Shown here one piece after another: positions 40,614 through 51,871 of a stretch of 64,000 nucleotides of DNA. How positions within the stretch are numbered: position 1 is the stretch's first letter; every line of letters starts with the position of its first letter. Source of the DNA: an uncultured cyanobacterium (lineage in GTDB: Bacteria; Cyanobacteriota; Cyanobacteriia; Cyanobacteriales; CAWUOF01); the NCBI GenBank assembly GCA_963744145.1, contig CAVUSO010000001.1:6272001-6336000 (forward strand), in the 5' to 3' direction. The position numbers were made by a program, and so were the translations under genes. Under the pieces are notes generated by a model, which saw nothing but the letters and a program-made list of their open reading frames with translations, was not told the DNA's origin and searched no databases.

Positions 40614-41656
40614 CAGCCCCAGTTCCCCAAACTTTAGATCGATTAAGTTAATACTTTACATATTTTTCGCACAGAACGCCCTTTTCTCTTCAGGGGTACT
40701 GCGATGTCGCCCATAATGATTGTCCCGCATTAGACTCACCCTGAAAGAAAGCCAACCAGAAAACCACCATCTAGCCATACTATCTTTCTGATTGTCTAGT
40801 CTTCATTTTTTATTTGCTCAAATCAATTTTTACTGGTAAATTATCTAATCTTCCCCCACCCCTCCATTATATCCCTAAATTTGCTAATCATCAGCTCTGA
40901 AAACATCCCATCTTCGCTTTGAGTCCCCTGGGTAAATTGGCCAAAAAGCACTGCTGATCGGTATCTGCAAAATATCTTTGCCCAATCTCAATTATTAACA
41001 TTTAAAATATTAGACATTCTTCCACACTTATGCTACTGCGGCAACACTAATAAATAGTCTCATCTAGAATAGGGTTAAGGTTGCTGGTGCAGGCAAAAAA
41101 ATAGATGATATAATCTAATGATTAATCATCCAAAAGCGTAAGTTTGCTCCCAAAGTATGGTAAAATTTCCCTAGAATTTAACAAATTTCAGCTTATTTGG
41201 GAAAAGCAGATTACAACTAGGGCAATATCCAGATTAACCGAGTTGATCCCCTAGTTGATCAATTGGGTGAAAAATGTCCTGATTTTCGGAGGTGTGAATA
41301 TCTGTAGCAAAAATCAAAGTTAGCCTGAACGGCCATAGCAATCAGAACTTTCATCGTAACTTTTGTAGTTTCCGCAACAACATTAGTTACCCCTATCCGT
41401 ATAGTAGTTAAAAATCTAAATTTTGGATCAGCATTTTTCAATCACCTCTTTCCCAGTTGATTTACCCGTTTATTTTTGCTGGAAAGCTTAAGCATATCCA
41501 TTTTGAAACGGAATAAGATATTAAATTATGAAAGAATTTGGGATCGAAGAAACGGAAAAGCTACATCCAAGAGAAATGGAAGATAATCATTATTATTTTC
41601 CCATTGTGCCAAATAACCATCTCCTCTATAAATCCTCAGTGCTGGAAACGGATTGC

Positions 41657-42832
41657 ATGCAGGTATCAGTCCCAAAGCTAAATAGCTCAGAAGCACCTCT
41701 TCAACTATTACTGTTTGTTGATCAACGCAGTCGCTCTCAAGAACAAACAAAAGCGATTCACCAATGTCTGTCAAACCTCAAGACCGACTATCCGTTTGAA
41801 CTAAAAATAATCGATGTGGGAAAGCAACCTTATTTAGCTGAACATTATAAATTGGTAGCTACCCCAGCTTTGATTAAAATTCTGCCGGAACCGCGTCACA
41901 CTCTAGCAGGAAGTAATTTAGCGGGTCAATTGGAAAAATGGTGGTCGCGATGGCAACGTTCTGTAGCGGATCATCTGACCCGAAGTAAAACTGAAGAAAA
42001 TAACTATCCTGAGTCAGTTCCCCAAAATTCTCTCAATTCGATGTCTTGTTCGGTGGAATTGATTCGACTGTCCGATGAAATTTTTCGTCTCGAACAAGAA
42101 AAAGCTGAATTACAAGCCCAACTCAAGTTTAAGGATCGGATGATTGAAATGCTAGCCCATGATCTCCGCAATCCTCTTACCGCAGCAGCGATCGCCATGG
42201 AAACGATCGAATTATGTCATCCAGTGGACGAAAGAGTCGAGCCCCGTCTGACTCCGACCTTGATGAATCAGTTACTCAAACAAGCCAGAAATCAAACTCG
42301 GTCAATGGATCGGATGATTACAGACTTACTCGAAGCCGCCCGAGGGACAAACTCAGAATTAGGAATTTATCCACAAAGGCTAGATATTGGTCCTCTATGT
42401 AGCGAAGTCCTGAGTCATTTTCACAACCAAATAGCCAGTAAATCTCTGCATATCAAAAAAGATATTCCCAAGGACTTGCCCTATGTTTATGCTGATCAAG
42501 AAAGGGTGCGTCAAGTCATCACTAATCTGATTGATAATGCAATTAAGTATACTCCAGCGGGGGGGACAATTTGTGTCAGTATCCTCCATCGGACCACTCA
42601 AAAAATTCAAGTTAGTATCATTGATACTGGTCCAGGAATTCCCGAAGAAAAACGCGATCGGATTTTTGAAGACCATTTCCGACTCAAACGAGATGAAAAT
42701 CAACAAGGGTATGGGATTGGACTATCTCTTTGTCAGCGGATTATCCGGGCTCATTATGGGCGAATTTGGGTAGAAGCGAGTCCAACAGGTGGTAGTTGTT
42801 TTCAATTCACCTTACCAGTTTATCGATTTTAG
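41657..42832 (+). CDS. sasA: Circadian output histidine kinase SasA (KaiB-like domain plus kinase)
   Basis: LQLLLFVD..QPYLAEHYKLVATPALIK (KaiB-like), AHDLRNPL, NLIDNAIKYT. The ORF is open upstream to 41528. Confidence 0.92.
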   Translation: MQVSVPKLNSSEAPLQLLLFVDQRSRSQEQTKAIHQCLSNLKTDYPFELKIIDVGKQPYLAEHYKLVATPALIKILPEPRHTLAGSNLAGQLEKWWSRWQRSVADHLTRSKTEENNYPESVPQNSLNSMSCSVELIRLSDEIFRLEQEKAELQAQLKFKDRMIEMLAHDLRNPLTAAAIAMETIELCHPVDERVEPRLTPTLMNQLLKQARNQTRSMDRMITDLLEAARGTNSELGIYPQRLDIGPLCSEVLSHFHNQIASKSLHIKKDIPKDLPYVYADQERVRQVITNLIDNAIKYTPAGGTICVSILHRTTQKIQVSIIDTGPGIPEEKRDRIFEDHFRLKRDENQQGYGIGLSLCQRIIRAHYGRIWVEASPTGGSCFQFTLPVYRF

Positions 42833-42858
42833 TTACAACCGAGGCCAAATTAATTTTT

Positions 42859-43326
42859 ATGAGTGAAAAAAGTGAAGGTTTTAAAATCATTAGTGATAAC
42901 CGACAGGCCCGTCATCTCTATGAAATCCTGGAAACTTATGAAGCGGGAATTGAACTAAAGGGAACAGAAGTTAAGTCAATTCGACAGGGTAAAGTAAATC
43001 TGAGAGATGGTTACGCCTTAATTCGCAATGGAGAAGCTTGGCTAATTAATGTTCATATTTCCCCTTATCAAACTGCTAGTGAATATTTTAATCATGATCC
43101 GCGTCGAACTCGGAAACTTTTGCTGCATCGACAAGAAATTCGGAAACTAATTGGTAAAGTTGAACAGCAGGGGTTAACTTTAGTACCCTTAAAAATGTAC
43201 TTAAAACGCGGTTGGTTAAAAGTTGCCATTGGATTAGGAAAAGGTAAAAAACTCCATGATAAACGAGAAGATTTGAAAAAACGTGAAGATAAACGGGATA
43301 TGGAACGTGCGCTGAAACGGTTTTAG
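42859..43326 (+). CDS. smpB: SsrA-binding protein SmpB
   Basis: NRQARH.Y, EAGIELKGTEVKSIR, GKKLHDKR. Confidence 0.97.
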   Translation: MSEKSEGFKIISDNRQARHLYEILETYEAGIELKGTEVKSIRQGKVNLRDGYALIRNGEAWLINVHISPYQTASEYFNHDPRRTRKLLLHRQEIRKLIGKVEQQGLTLVPLKMYLKRGWLKVAIGLGKGKKLHDKREDLKKREDKRDMERALKRF

Positions 43327-43399
43327 GGAAAAAGAATCAGCATATTTTGTCGGTTAGATCAGCCAGGATAAGAAAATCCTGGCAATATTGCTAGTGAAG

Positions 43400-43523
43400 T
43401 AGACCTCTTGCAAAAGTCCTTATTGATCTATTTATTGACAGGCAAGATGCCTGTCCCACCAGAAAAAATCACTTTTGTGGGACAGGCATCTTGCCTGTCC
43501 TATTTATTTTTGCAAGAGGTCTA
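43400..43523. mobile_element. MITE with TA-flanked inverted termini and an internal palindrome
   Basis: TAGACCTCTTGCAAAA ... TTTTGCAAGAGGTCTA; internal GACAGGCAAGATGCCTGTCCCAC / GTGGGACAGGCATCTTGCCTGTC. Confidence 0.85.
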
Positions 43524-43527
43524 GTGA

Positions 43528-44292
43528 TTAAGCCATAGTTAAAGCAATTAAGTCTTCACTCATCTCAAAGTTAGAAGTCACACATTGGACATCATCAAGA
43601 TCTTCTAAAGCATCCATTAACTTCAAAAGCGATCGAGCTTGGTCGGGAGCAGTGACAGTGATCGTATTACTGGGAATCCAACGCAATTCTGCTTGAATTA
43701 CCTGATAACCCAGCTCTTTTAAAGTTTGACTGAGATATTCAAGCTCAGAGACTTCACCCCACACCTCGGCACCAGGTGGATCATCATCTAAAAACTGATA
43801 GGATTGAGCACCAGCAGCCAGAGAAGCTTCTAACAGGTCATCCTCCACCAACTCTCCTTTCAGAGTACAAACACTTTTTTGGTCAAACATCCAACTCACA
43901 CAACCAGTTTCACCTAGATTGCCGCCATTTTTACTAAAAGCAGCCCGTAAATCAGCCGCAGTGCGATTGCGATTATCCGTCAACGCTTCAATCAAAATGG
44001 CCACACCCCCTGGACCATAACCCTCATAACGAATCGCTTCCCAAGCCGAACTACCAGGATCAAGTTTACCAGCCCCTTTCGCGATCGCCCGTTCAATATT
44101 TTCTTGAGGAATTCCAGCAGATTTAGCTTTTTCAACTGCATTCCGCAACTGAAAATTGGCTTCAGGTTCAGGGAACCCAGTGCGAGCTGCCACAATAATT
44201 TCGCGAGAGATTTTCGTAAAAATCTTGCCTTTGACAGCATCAACTCTCGCCTTTTGACGCTTAATATTAGCCCATTTACTATGACCAGCCAT
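43528..44292 (-). CDS. yebC: YebC/PmpR family protein
   Basis: MAGHSKWANIKRQK, YEGYGPGG, TDNRNRT. Confidence 0.96.
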   Translation of the reverse strand: MAGHSKWANIKRQKARVDAVKGKIFTKISREIIVAARTGFPEPEANFQLRNAVEKAKSAGIPQENIERAIAKGAGKLDPGSSAWEAIRYEGYGPGGVAILIEALTDNRNRTAADLRAAFSKNGGNLGETGCVSWMFDQKSVCTLKGELVEDDLLEASLAAGAQSYQFLDDDPPGAEVWGEVSELEYLSQTLKELGYQVIQAELRWIPSNTITVTAPDQARSLLKLMDALEDLDDVQCVTSNFEMSEDLIALTMA

Positions 44293-44611
44293 TGCTGCTC
44301 CGAAATCCCTAATTCTATATAACTGTAAACCCGCTCATGGTAATTGGTTTGAGCGTTTAGGCGGATACTTGACTATCCTGTCTGAGCTTGACAAATTTTT
44401 ACCGCGCTGGCAGACTACCGAGCTACATGGGTGAGAAAAGCCCTGCGACTAAAATCGCAGTCAAATTTTTATGTTATAATAAATGCTGTTATATCAGACA
44501 TTAAAACCTGCCCTCGAACTGAGGTAATTGCGACTGGGCTCACAGCAAGGCTCAAGGTAAACCTTTTCAGCAGTGGGAATGTCAAAAACTTCGTTTTTTT
44601 TGTTAGAAATC

Positions 44612-44646
44612 AAAAAAAGAAGTGGGTCAATGCCCACTTTTTTTTT
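44612..44646 (+). promoter_or_regulatory. rimP leader hairpin (terminator-like)
   Basis: AAGTGGG-TCAATG-CCCACTT followed by a T run, just upstream of the rimP SD. Confidence 0.7.
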
Positions 44647-44662
44647 GTTGGAGGGCATTATT

Positions 44663-45124
44663 ATGACACATCCTATCATCCCACAAATTATTGATTTGGC
44701 CACACCCGTTGCCCAAGCATTAGGATTGGAGGTGGTCGGAGCAGTTTTTCATACCAACCAAAACCCCCCAGTGCTGCGAGTAGATATCCGCCATCTCCAG
44801 CAAGGCACCAGTCTAGATGACTGTGAGCGGATGAGTCGAGCCATGGAAGCAACCCTAGATCAGATGGACATTATTCCCGATACCTACGTACTAGAGATTT
44901 CCAGTCCGGGAATTGATCGCGAATTAAGTACAGATCGAGAATATATCTCATTTAAAGGATTTGCAGTAATTGTGAAAACTGCCACACCAGTAGAGGGCAA
45001 AAGTGAATGGCTCGGACAATTAATCGGTCGGGATGAAGAGAAAGTATATCTCAATCAAAAAGGACGAGCGATCGGCCTACCCCGACAACTAATTACCAAG
45101 GTACAGCTCGACGAACGCAGATGA
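44663..45124 (+). CDS. rimP: Ribosome maturation factor RimP
   Basis: [26 protein letters not shown]. Confidence 0.95.
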   Translation: MTHPIIPQIIDLATPVAQALGLEVVGAVFHTNQNPPVLRVDIRHLQQGTSLDDCERMSRAMEATLDQMDIIPDTYVLEISSPGIDRELSTDREYISFKGFAVIVKTATPVEGKSEWLGQLIGRDEEKVYLNQKGRAIGLPRQLITKVQLDERR

Positions 45125-45182
45125 ACAGGTTGATATCTGTGCCCCAACCAAATTATCCCCAATCTTCCAGGAGGTTTTTTCT

Positions 45183-46427
45183 ATGTCAATAGTCCGTCTG
45201 CCCGGACTCAAAGAAATGATCGACAACATCTCTCAAGAGCGAAACTTACCTAGAAACGCAGTTCGAGAAGCCCTAAAAGAAGCATTAATCAAAGGGTATG
45301 AGCGATATCGTCGCACGATCAGCATCGAGCGCCCCTACTTTGACGAAAATTACTTTGACAATTTTGAAGTCGAACTTGATGTTGAACAAGAAGGTTTTCG
45401 GATTCTGGTCACCAAAACGATCGTCGAAAGTGTCAGTAGTGCTGACCACCAAATTTCCCTAACTGAAGTCCAAGAAGTTGCGCCCGAAGCCCAACTAGGA
45501 GACACCGTCATTTTAGACGTGACTCCTGAACAGGGAGAATTTGGGCGGATGGCGGCGATCCAAACCAAACAGGTACTTTCGCAAAAACTGCGAGATCAAC
45601 AACGCAAACTGATCCAAGAAGAATTTCAAGATTTAGAAGATCCAGTTCTCAACGCCAGAGTGTTGCGGTTTGAAAGACAATCAGTCATTATGGTCGTCAG
45701 CAGCGGTTTTGGCCAACCAGAAGTAGAAGCCGAACTGCCCAAATATGAGCAATTACCCAACGACAACTATCGCGCCAATGCTACCTTTAAGGTATATCTG
45801 AAAAAAGTCTTTGAAGGTTCGCGTCGTGGCCCTCAACTCCAAGTTTCTCGCGGTGCTGCGGGATTAGTCGCCGAATTATTTGCCAATGAAGTCCCAGAAA
45901 TTCAAGACGAAATTGTCAGAATTGTCGCCGTAGCCAGGGAAGCCAATCCACCTTCCCGGTATGTTGGTCCGCGCACCAAAATCGCCGTCGATACTCTAGA
46001 ACGAGATGTCGATCCGGTTGGTGCTTGTATCGGAGCCAGGGGATCACGAATCCAAGTAGTAGTCAACGAATTACGAGGAGAAAAGATCGATGTCATCCGC
46101 TGGTCTCCCGATCCAGCCACCTATATTGCCAATGCCTTAAGTCCTGCCCGAGTAGATGAGGTACGATTAATAGACCCCGATCGCCGACAAGCTCATATTC
46201 TAGTATCAGAAAATCAACTTAGTTTAGCCATTGGCAAGGAAGGACAGAATGTGCGTTTAGCAGCCCGGTTAACGGGTTGGAAAATCGATATTAAAGACAC
46301 AGCTTTGTATGACTACGAAGCCGAAGATAACAAAATCGCCCAAGCCGGCCAAGCCAATCTGTCAGAACCAGATGATGAGTATGATGAAATTGAGGAAGAA
46401 TTAACTCATAAGGAGACAACTGCATAA
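45183..46427 (+). CDS. nusA: Transcription termination factor NusA
   Basis: FGRMAAIQTKQ, GACIGARGSR, AIGKEGQNVRLA. Confidence 0.97.
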   Translation: MSIVRLPGLKEMIDNISQERNLPRNAVREALKEALIKGYERYRRTISIERPYFDENYFDNFEVELDVEQEGFRILVTKTIVESVSSADHQISLTEVQEVAPEAQLGDTVILDVTPEQGEFGRMAAIQTKQVLSQKLRDQQRKLIQEEFQDLEDPVLNARVLRFERQSVIMVVSSGFGQPEVEAELPKYEQLPNDNYRANATFKVYLKKVFEGSRRGPQLQVSRGAAGLVAELFANEVPEIQDEIVRIVAVAREANPPSRYVGPRTKIAVDTLERDVDPVGACIGARGSRIQVVVNELRGEKIDVIRWSPDPATYIANALSPARVDEVRLIDPDRRQAHILVSENQLSLAIGKEGQNVRLAARLTGWKIDIKDTALYDYEAEDNKIAQAGQANLSEPDDEYDEIEEELTHKETTA

Positions 46428-46499
46428 ATAAATCACCCATTGGCTCCGAACGGTAGGAAAACCACCCAAGGGTTTTGGTCATTCACAAGTTAGACAGAA

Positions 46500-46754
46500 A
46501 TGAAACCTAATTATCGCCGTTGCCTGAGCTGTCGCCAAATTGCTCTCAAAGAAAAATTCTGGCGAATTGTGCGAGTCTACCCTTCCCACCAGGTACAATT
46601 AGACCAAGGGATAGGTCGTTCTGCCTATCTTTGTGCCCAATCCGCTTGTCTTAGTGCAGCTCAGAAGAAAAATCGACTGGGTAAAGCGCTAAAAGTATCG
46701 GTGCCCCAAGAAATATATCAAACCCTGTGGCAACGTTTATCGGCATCCCCCTGA
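46500..46754 (+). CDS. ylxR: YlxR (DUF448) family RNA-binding protein
   Basis: RRCLSCR..RIVR..GRSAYLC; located between nusA and infB. Confidence 0.92.
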   Translation: MKPNYRRCLSCRQIALKEKFWRIVRVYPSHQVQLDQGIGRSAYLCAQSACLSAAQKKNRLGKALKVSVPQEIYQTLWQRLSASP

Positions 46755-47062
46755 CGATCAAACTCGTATTGGTAAGAACTAAATCATTCTCGTTACCAAC
46801 ATCTGTGCCCGAACCCTCGCCAAAAGGGTCAGAGCCATCAACAGAGTAGTGGTAAACAAGCCAACTAGCCACAGTTTTTCCAAGATTTGTGCAAGATTAT
46901 AAAGGAAGCGGTTCACAAGCAATGGGGGGGCGGCAGCAGTCTATTCCCAATTTTCTCGTTCTTTGTCAGAAAAGCTGGCAGCGGCCTTAACCCCTAACAC
47001 ATTAGTTATTTTGCGAGTAGGCCACTATGTAAAAACCGGCAGGTACAAAGAGGGAGAAGTGG

Positions 47063-50000
47063 ATGAACAACGCCAAAGTCAGAATTTACGATCTATCAAA
47101 GGAATTGAATTTGGATAATAAGGACATATTGGCCGTTTGCGATCAGCTAAATATTGCGGTCAAAAGCCATAGCAGCACGATTACAGAATCAGAGGCGGAG
47201 CGGATTCGCAATACGGCTGCCAAAGTAGTGGCCAACCACTCCCCTCGTCGCAGTGCCAGCAGTGCAGCCCCACCCGCCGTTCCTGCTAAACATCGGGACC
47301 ATTCTCTCCCAGCAGAGTCCGCCTCGCGGCCAAATGTACGCAAAAAACAAGAGATTTTGGAGGTTCGTCAACTGCCAACTCCCCGCCCAGGGCCTAATCC
47401 CAAACCCCAGGGAGAAGGGGGTGGGGCAAAACCATCGGGGTTAGCTCCTGTCCCTCCCCAGCCCCCAGCCAGTCAGCAAATGTCAGCATCTATGAAGCCG
47501 GCGGCACCAAATCGACCTGTATTACAAAAATCCGTACTCCCTAATACCCCCCCCATAGGAGAGCCTGTCAGTTTGCCCGATCTTGACCAAGAAGAGGTCG
47601 AGATGACGCTATCAGCAGAGGGTGAAACCAAATCGGAACTGGTTAACCCCCCACCAAGACCAGTGATAACGCCAAATCGTGGTTTATTGACTGGTGCTAA
47701 TCGACCAGTTTTAAAAAAGGCCAAGACTGAAAAACCGGAAAAGACATCCAGCGATTCAGTGGCTACACCCCCACCGCCCACCCGTTCCGAGAATGCACCA
47801 GCACCGAAAAAGCCTCGTAATCGTAGTAATCAACAATCAGGTGCATCGGAACGTCATCCCATTGCAGCACCAAATTTGGAACTGCATCGACCGCGACCAG
47901 TTCTTAAACTGGAACGCGATCAGGTAGTTCCGGAAATTCCGACTACCCCAGCCCGGGATGTTGATTCTGAACCTGATGACGATTTACTCATCCTCAATCG
48001 ACCGACCCCACCACGTCCACCAAAACGGGCGAAAAAACGGGAGGAAGAAGATGATGATATGACCGAATTGGGCGATAAAAGCCTGAAAGCTGGTGCGAAA
48101 GCCAAACGACGGACGAAACCAGCTATTGACGATGACGATGATGATTTTGAAAGTGATCTGGATGAATTGGGTGCAACGGTGCAGGTAAGTCTATCTGTTG
48201 CCCGTCCAGCTAAACCCAAAGGTCGTCCAGCAGCGGCTGTTGCTACCCTCGCTCCGACGGCTAAAGGTCCTGAAGTTGGCCAGTTCCCAACGGGCGGCGG
48301 AAATGTCCAAAGCTGCTCGTCGGGAACGTCGTGAACAAGCTGGCAAAAAAGAACGTCCAGAACTGATTACCCTGACGGGGCCACTAACTGTTCGAGAATT
48401 GGCGGCGGTAATGGTGATCCCGGAAACAGAAATTGTGAAAAAGCTGTTTTTTAAGGGGATGGCAGTCCAAATTACCCAAACCTTGGATGTTCCTACTGCC
48501 ATGATGGTGGCTGAAGAACTAGGAGTTTTGGTAGAAACGGCAGCACCAGAATCAGAAGCAATTAAATCCACAGAAATGCTGGATGCGGAAGACATGGAAA
48601 GTCTTCAACGTCGTCCACCAGTAGTGACAATTATGGGTCACGTTGACCATGGGAAAACTACTTTGCTTGACTCCATTCGCAAAACGAAGGTGGCGCAAGG
48701 AGAAGCAGGTGGGATTACTCAGCATATTGGTGCTTATCATGTTGATGTTGAGCATAATGGCGAAACTCAACAAATTGTCTTCCTTGATACTCCTGGTCAC
48801 GAAGCCTTTACGGCCATGCGAGCGCGTGGGGCAAGGGTGACGGATATTGCGATTCTGGTGGTGGCAGCAGATGATGGTGTTCAACCCCAGACCATTGAAG
48901 CGATTAGTCACGCTAAAGCGGCTGAAGTGCCGATTATTGTGGCTATTAATAAGATCGATAAAGAGGATGCTAATCCCGATCGCGTTAAACAAGAGTTAAT
49001 GGCTCATAGTCTGGTTTCGGATGAATGGGGTGGTGATACCACGATGGTGCCGGTCAGTGCGATCCGCGGTGAAAACTTGGATACCCTGCTGGAAATGATT
49101 CTTTTGGTCGCAGACCTAGAAGAATTATCAGCTAATCCCGATCGCTCAGCCCGAGGAACGGTGATTGAAGCTAACTTAGATAAATCTCGCGGTCCGGTAG
49201 CAACTCTATTAGTCCAAAATGGCACCCTCCACATTGGTGATATCCTGGTGGCAGGTTCGGCGATGGGTAAGGTCCGGGCGATGATTGATGACCGGGGACA
49301 CCGTGTCGAAGTCGCTGGTCCCTCTTTTGCCGTAGAAGTCCTTGGTCTGGGGGATGTGCCCGCAGCTGGGGATGAGTTCGAGGTGTTCCAAAATGAGAAA
49401 GAAGCTCGGGCGATCGCCGAAGCTCGCGGTGAGGCTCAACGTCAATCTCGTCTGCTTCAAGGTCGAGTTACCCTTAATACCCTCTCGGCTCGCGCTCAAG
49501 AAGGTCAGCTGAAGGAACTCAATTTGATTCTGAAAGCGGATGTCCAAGGTTCCGTGGAAGCGATTATTGGTGCCCTCAGACAACTGCCCCAAAATGAAGT
49601 GCAATTACGTGTTCTCTTAGGTGCCCCAGGCGAAATCACGGAAACTGATATCGATTTGGCTGCGGCTAGTGATGCGGTAATTATTGGCTTCAATACTACT
49701 CTGGCTACAGGAGCGCGGCAAGCAGCTGACCAAACTGGTGTAGATGTGCGCGAATACAATATCATCTATAAACTGTTGGATGATATCCAAGGTGCCATGG
49801 AAGGTCTGCTCGAACCGGAACTGGTGGAAGAATCCCTCGGTCAAGTTGAAGTCCGACAAGTATTCCCCATTAGTAAAGGAGCTGTCGCTGGTTGTTATGT
49901 TCTGTCTGGTAAAGTGATCCGCAACTGTAAAGTCCGGATTCGCCGCAGCGGTAATGTGATCTATGAAGGTACTCTTGATTCACTCCGACGCATGAAAGAA

Positions 50001-50129
50001 GACGCTAAAGAAGTCAATGCTGGATATGAATGTGGGATTAGTATCAATAATTTCCATGACTGGGCGGAAAATGACATTATGGAAACCTTCCGGATGGTAG
50101 CAAAACGTCGCACCTTATCTCCTAATTAG
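47063..50129 (+). CDS. infB: Translation initiation factor IF-2 with an apparent +1 frameshift at about 48270
   Basis: N-terminal [11 protein letters not shown] in ORF 47063-48334; G-domain [17 protein letters not shown] in ORF 48198-50129. Confidence 0.93.
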
Positions 50130-50130
50130 A

Positions 50131-50190
50131 GGTGAAAAAGGTGAAAAGTGAAAAGTGAAAGCTTGACTGATGCTTCACTTTTCACTATTT
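50131..50190 (+). terminator. STRR-derived hairpin after infB
   Basis: (GTGAAAA)n followed by the inverted TTCACTTTTCAC. Confidence 0.5.
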
Positions 50191-50233
50191 ATTTCTCGTT
50201 GTTTAAAATTGACCATTTACGGTTCATTTAATA

Positions 50234-50884
50234 ATGTTTTCTTTCAGATCAGATCCTTTTTTGTGGATTCATATTGCTGGGATAGCAGCCCTACCAATTT
50301 TTCTAGAACTCTGTCTAGTAGGATTGGCGATCGGTGATCCGATTATGCCAGTTTGGTTGGAGTTATTATTAATTGCAATGATCGGCATTGGGCCGATTTT
50401 GTGGATGCAATGGGTACGTCCTTTTGATATTTTTAGTATTTTGGTAGTAGCTATTAAACCAGAGCAACTCACTTCTGACCAGCGTCAAATTCTCAGCCGA
50501 TTCAAAACTCCTGGTAATCGGGTGGTAGCTGTGGTAGTTGCGATCGCTTTGCTGTTAGTTCTTGGGCTACTTTACCAGATTTACCCTCTGGTCAAATTTG
50601 CGCTACTTGAGCTACCTCAATCGCGATGGTTGGGATTAGCTTTAGCTTCCTTAGCTTTTCTAGCTAGCAATTTGTTTGTCCAAATACCGGTGAGTGTGTT
50701 GCGAGTTGTGTTGACTAATGAAGCTGAATTTGCTAGCACTGAACCCTATAGTTTAGAGCGGATTCCCAAGGATTTTACGATTCTTGGTTTTCGGATTAAT
50801 CAAATTTTTTCAAATTCAGAAAATCGGGCTAGCCAAAATCTAGCAGGTGCAGCAACTGACAGTTTGACTAATCAGGAAAAATAG
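50234..50884 (+). CDS. Conserved cyanobacterial membrane protein (low-complexity tail membrane protein type)
   Basis: SDPFLWIHIAG..GDP..PILWMQW.RPFDIFS..NLFVQIPVSV. Usual position after infB. Confidence 0.8.
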   Translation: MFSFRSDPFLWIHIAGIAALPIFLELCLVGLAIGDPIMPVWLELLLIAMIGIGPILWMQWVRPFDIFSILVVAIKPEQLTSDQRQILSRFKTPGNRVVAVVVAIALLLVLGLLYQIYPLVKFALLELPQSRWLGLALASLAFLASNLFVQIPVSVLRVVLTNEAEFASTEPYSLERIPKDFTILGFRINQIFSNSENRASQNLAGAATDSLTNQEK

Positions 50885-50906
50885 TTAATCAAACTAATTA
50901 ATACTA

Positions 50907-50945
50907 AAATAAGTAGGAGCCAGCTCATCTGTTCCTACTTATTTT
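50907..50945. terminator. Hairpin, probable bidirectional terminator
   Basis: AAAATAAGTAGGA...TCCTACTTATTTT. Confidence 0.55.
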
Positions 50946-50949
50946 TATG

Positions 50950-51157
50950 CTACATCTGACGTTGATATTCTTCAAGAATATCAATCAGTTTAACTTTGAC
51001 ATTGCATGATATTGGCTATTATCCTGCTAGTAAAATTATTGAAGCCGATCATAATTCTGATGCAGATTTTCAATTTTTCGTAAAAAAGATTCTCACCACT
51101 CGAGCTGAAGAAGAAATTTTTGCTCAAGCGATCGCTTTATTAGATCCTCATGGATAA
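50950..51157. pseudogene. Chimeric gene-fragment scar: DUF3181 3' end (minus) fused to a copy of the 28003-ORF 3' end (plus)
   Basis: 50950-51007 resembles 20022-20078; 51008-51157 is near-identical to 28261-28410. Confidence 0.8.
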
Positions 51158-51871
51158 GGGGCTTATTAAAATACGTCCCTAGGTGATCGCAACTAACTAT
51201 TTTTTCAAATTAACTGATCATTTACGTTTACGATCCGCTCATACCAATTAACAAAACTTCAAATTCTCTCAAAGTTGGAAATATGTCAGAATCTTGACAA
51301 AAGAGTAATAGTTGTGCTTGCTGAATGGGTTAGATGGGAGGACTAGATGTGAGCGCGATCGCCAAATATCTTCTCTCATCATCATTGATAAATAAAATCA
51401 TCATAAATGGACTCATATAATTAATAAATTTTATATTTTTCGCGTTCTTTATATGACATTATATTTCACCTATACGGGAGATTAAACCGATTTATTAAAA
51501 TAAAATGTAATTTAGAATATTAGTGATATATAACACGATTTTTTACTTAGGGAGTTTTATAATTATAGGAAAACTTCTAAATGAATAATATGCCTCAACT
51601 TATAAAGGGATCAAATAATCAACGATCAAATTGCTCAACTTACACCACCGGGAAAGCATTATTAAGCTATCTTGATGAAAAAGAGTGTGATTTAAAAGAA
51701 TTAATTAATGATTTAAGCAAAATATTTAATAATCTAGTTCAGGCGATCGAGGATGCCACTCTTGAGTGATATGTTAACAAGTTAATGCCGATGCTGCCGA
51801 ACCAAGTGTCCAAGAAATTAAAAGGAATTGGAACCTTTGAGGTTTATTAAATAAGCAGAAGGTTTTACCCA

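Noticed and set aside
51581..51850. 62-aa ORF with a possible continuation past a TGA
   Set aside because: AT-rich and without a recognisable domain. It may be a gene remnant but cannot be supported.
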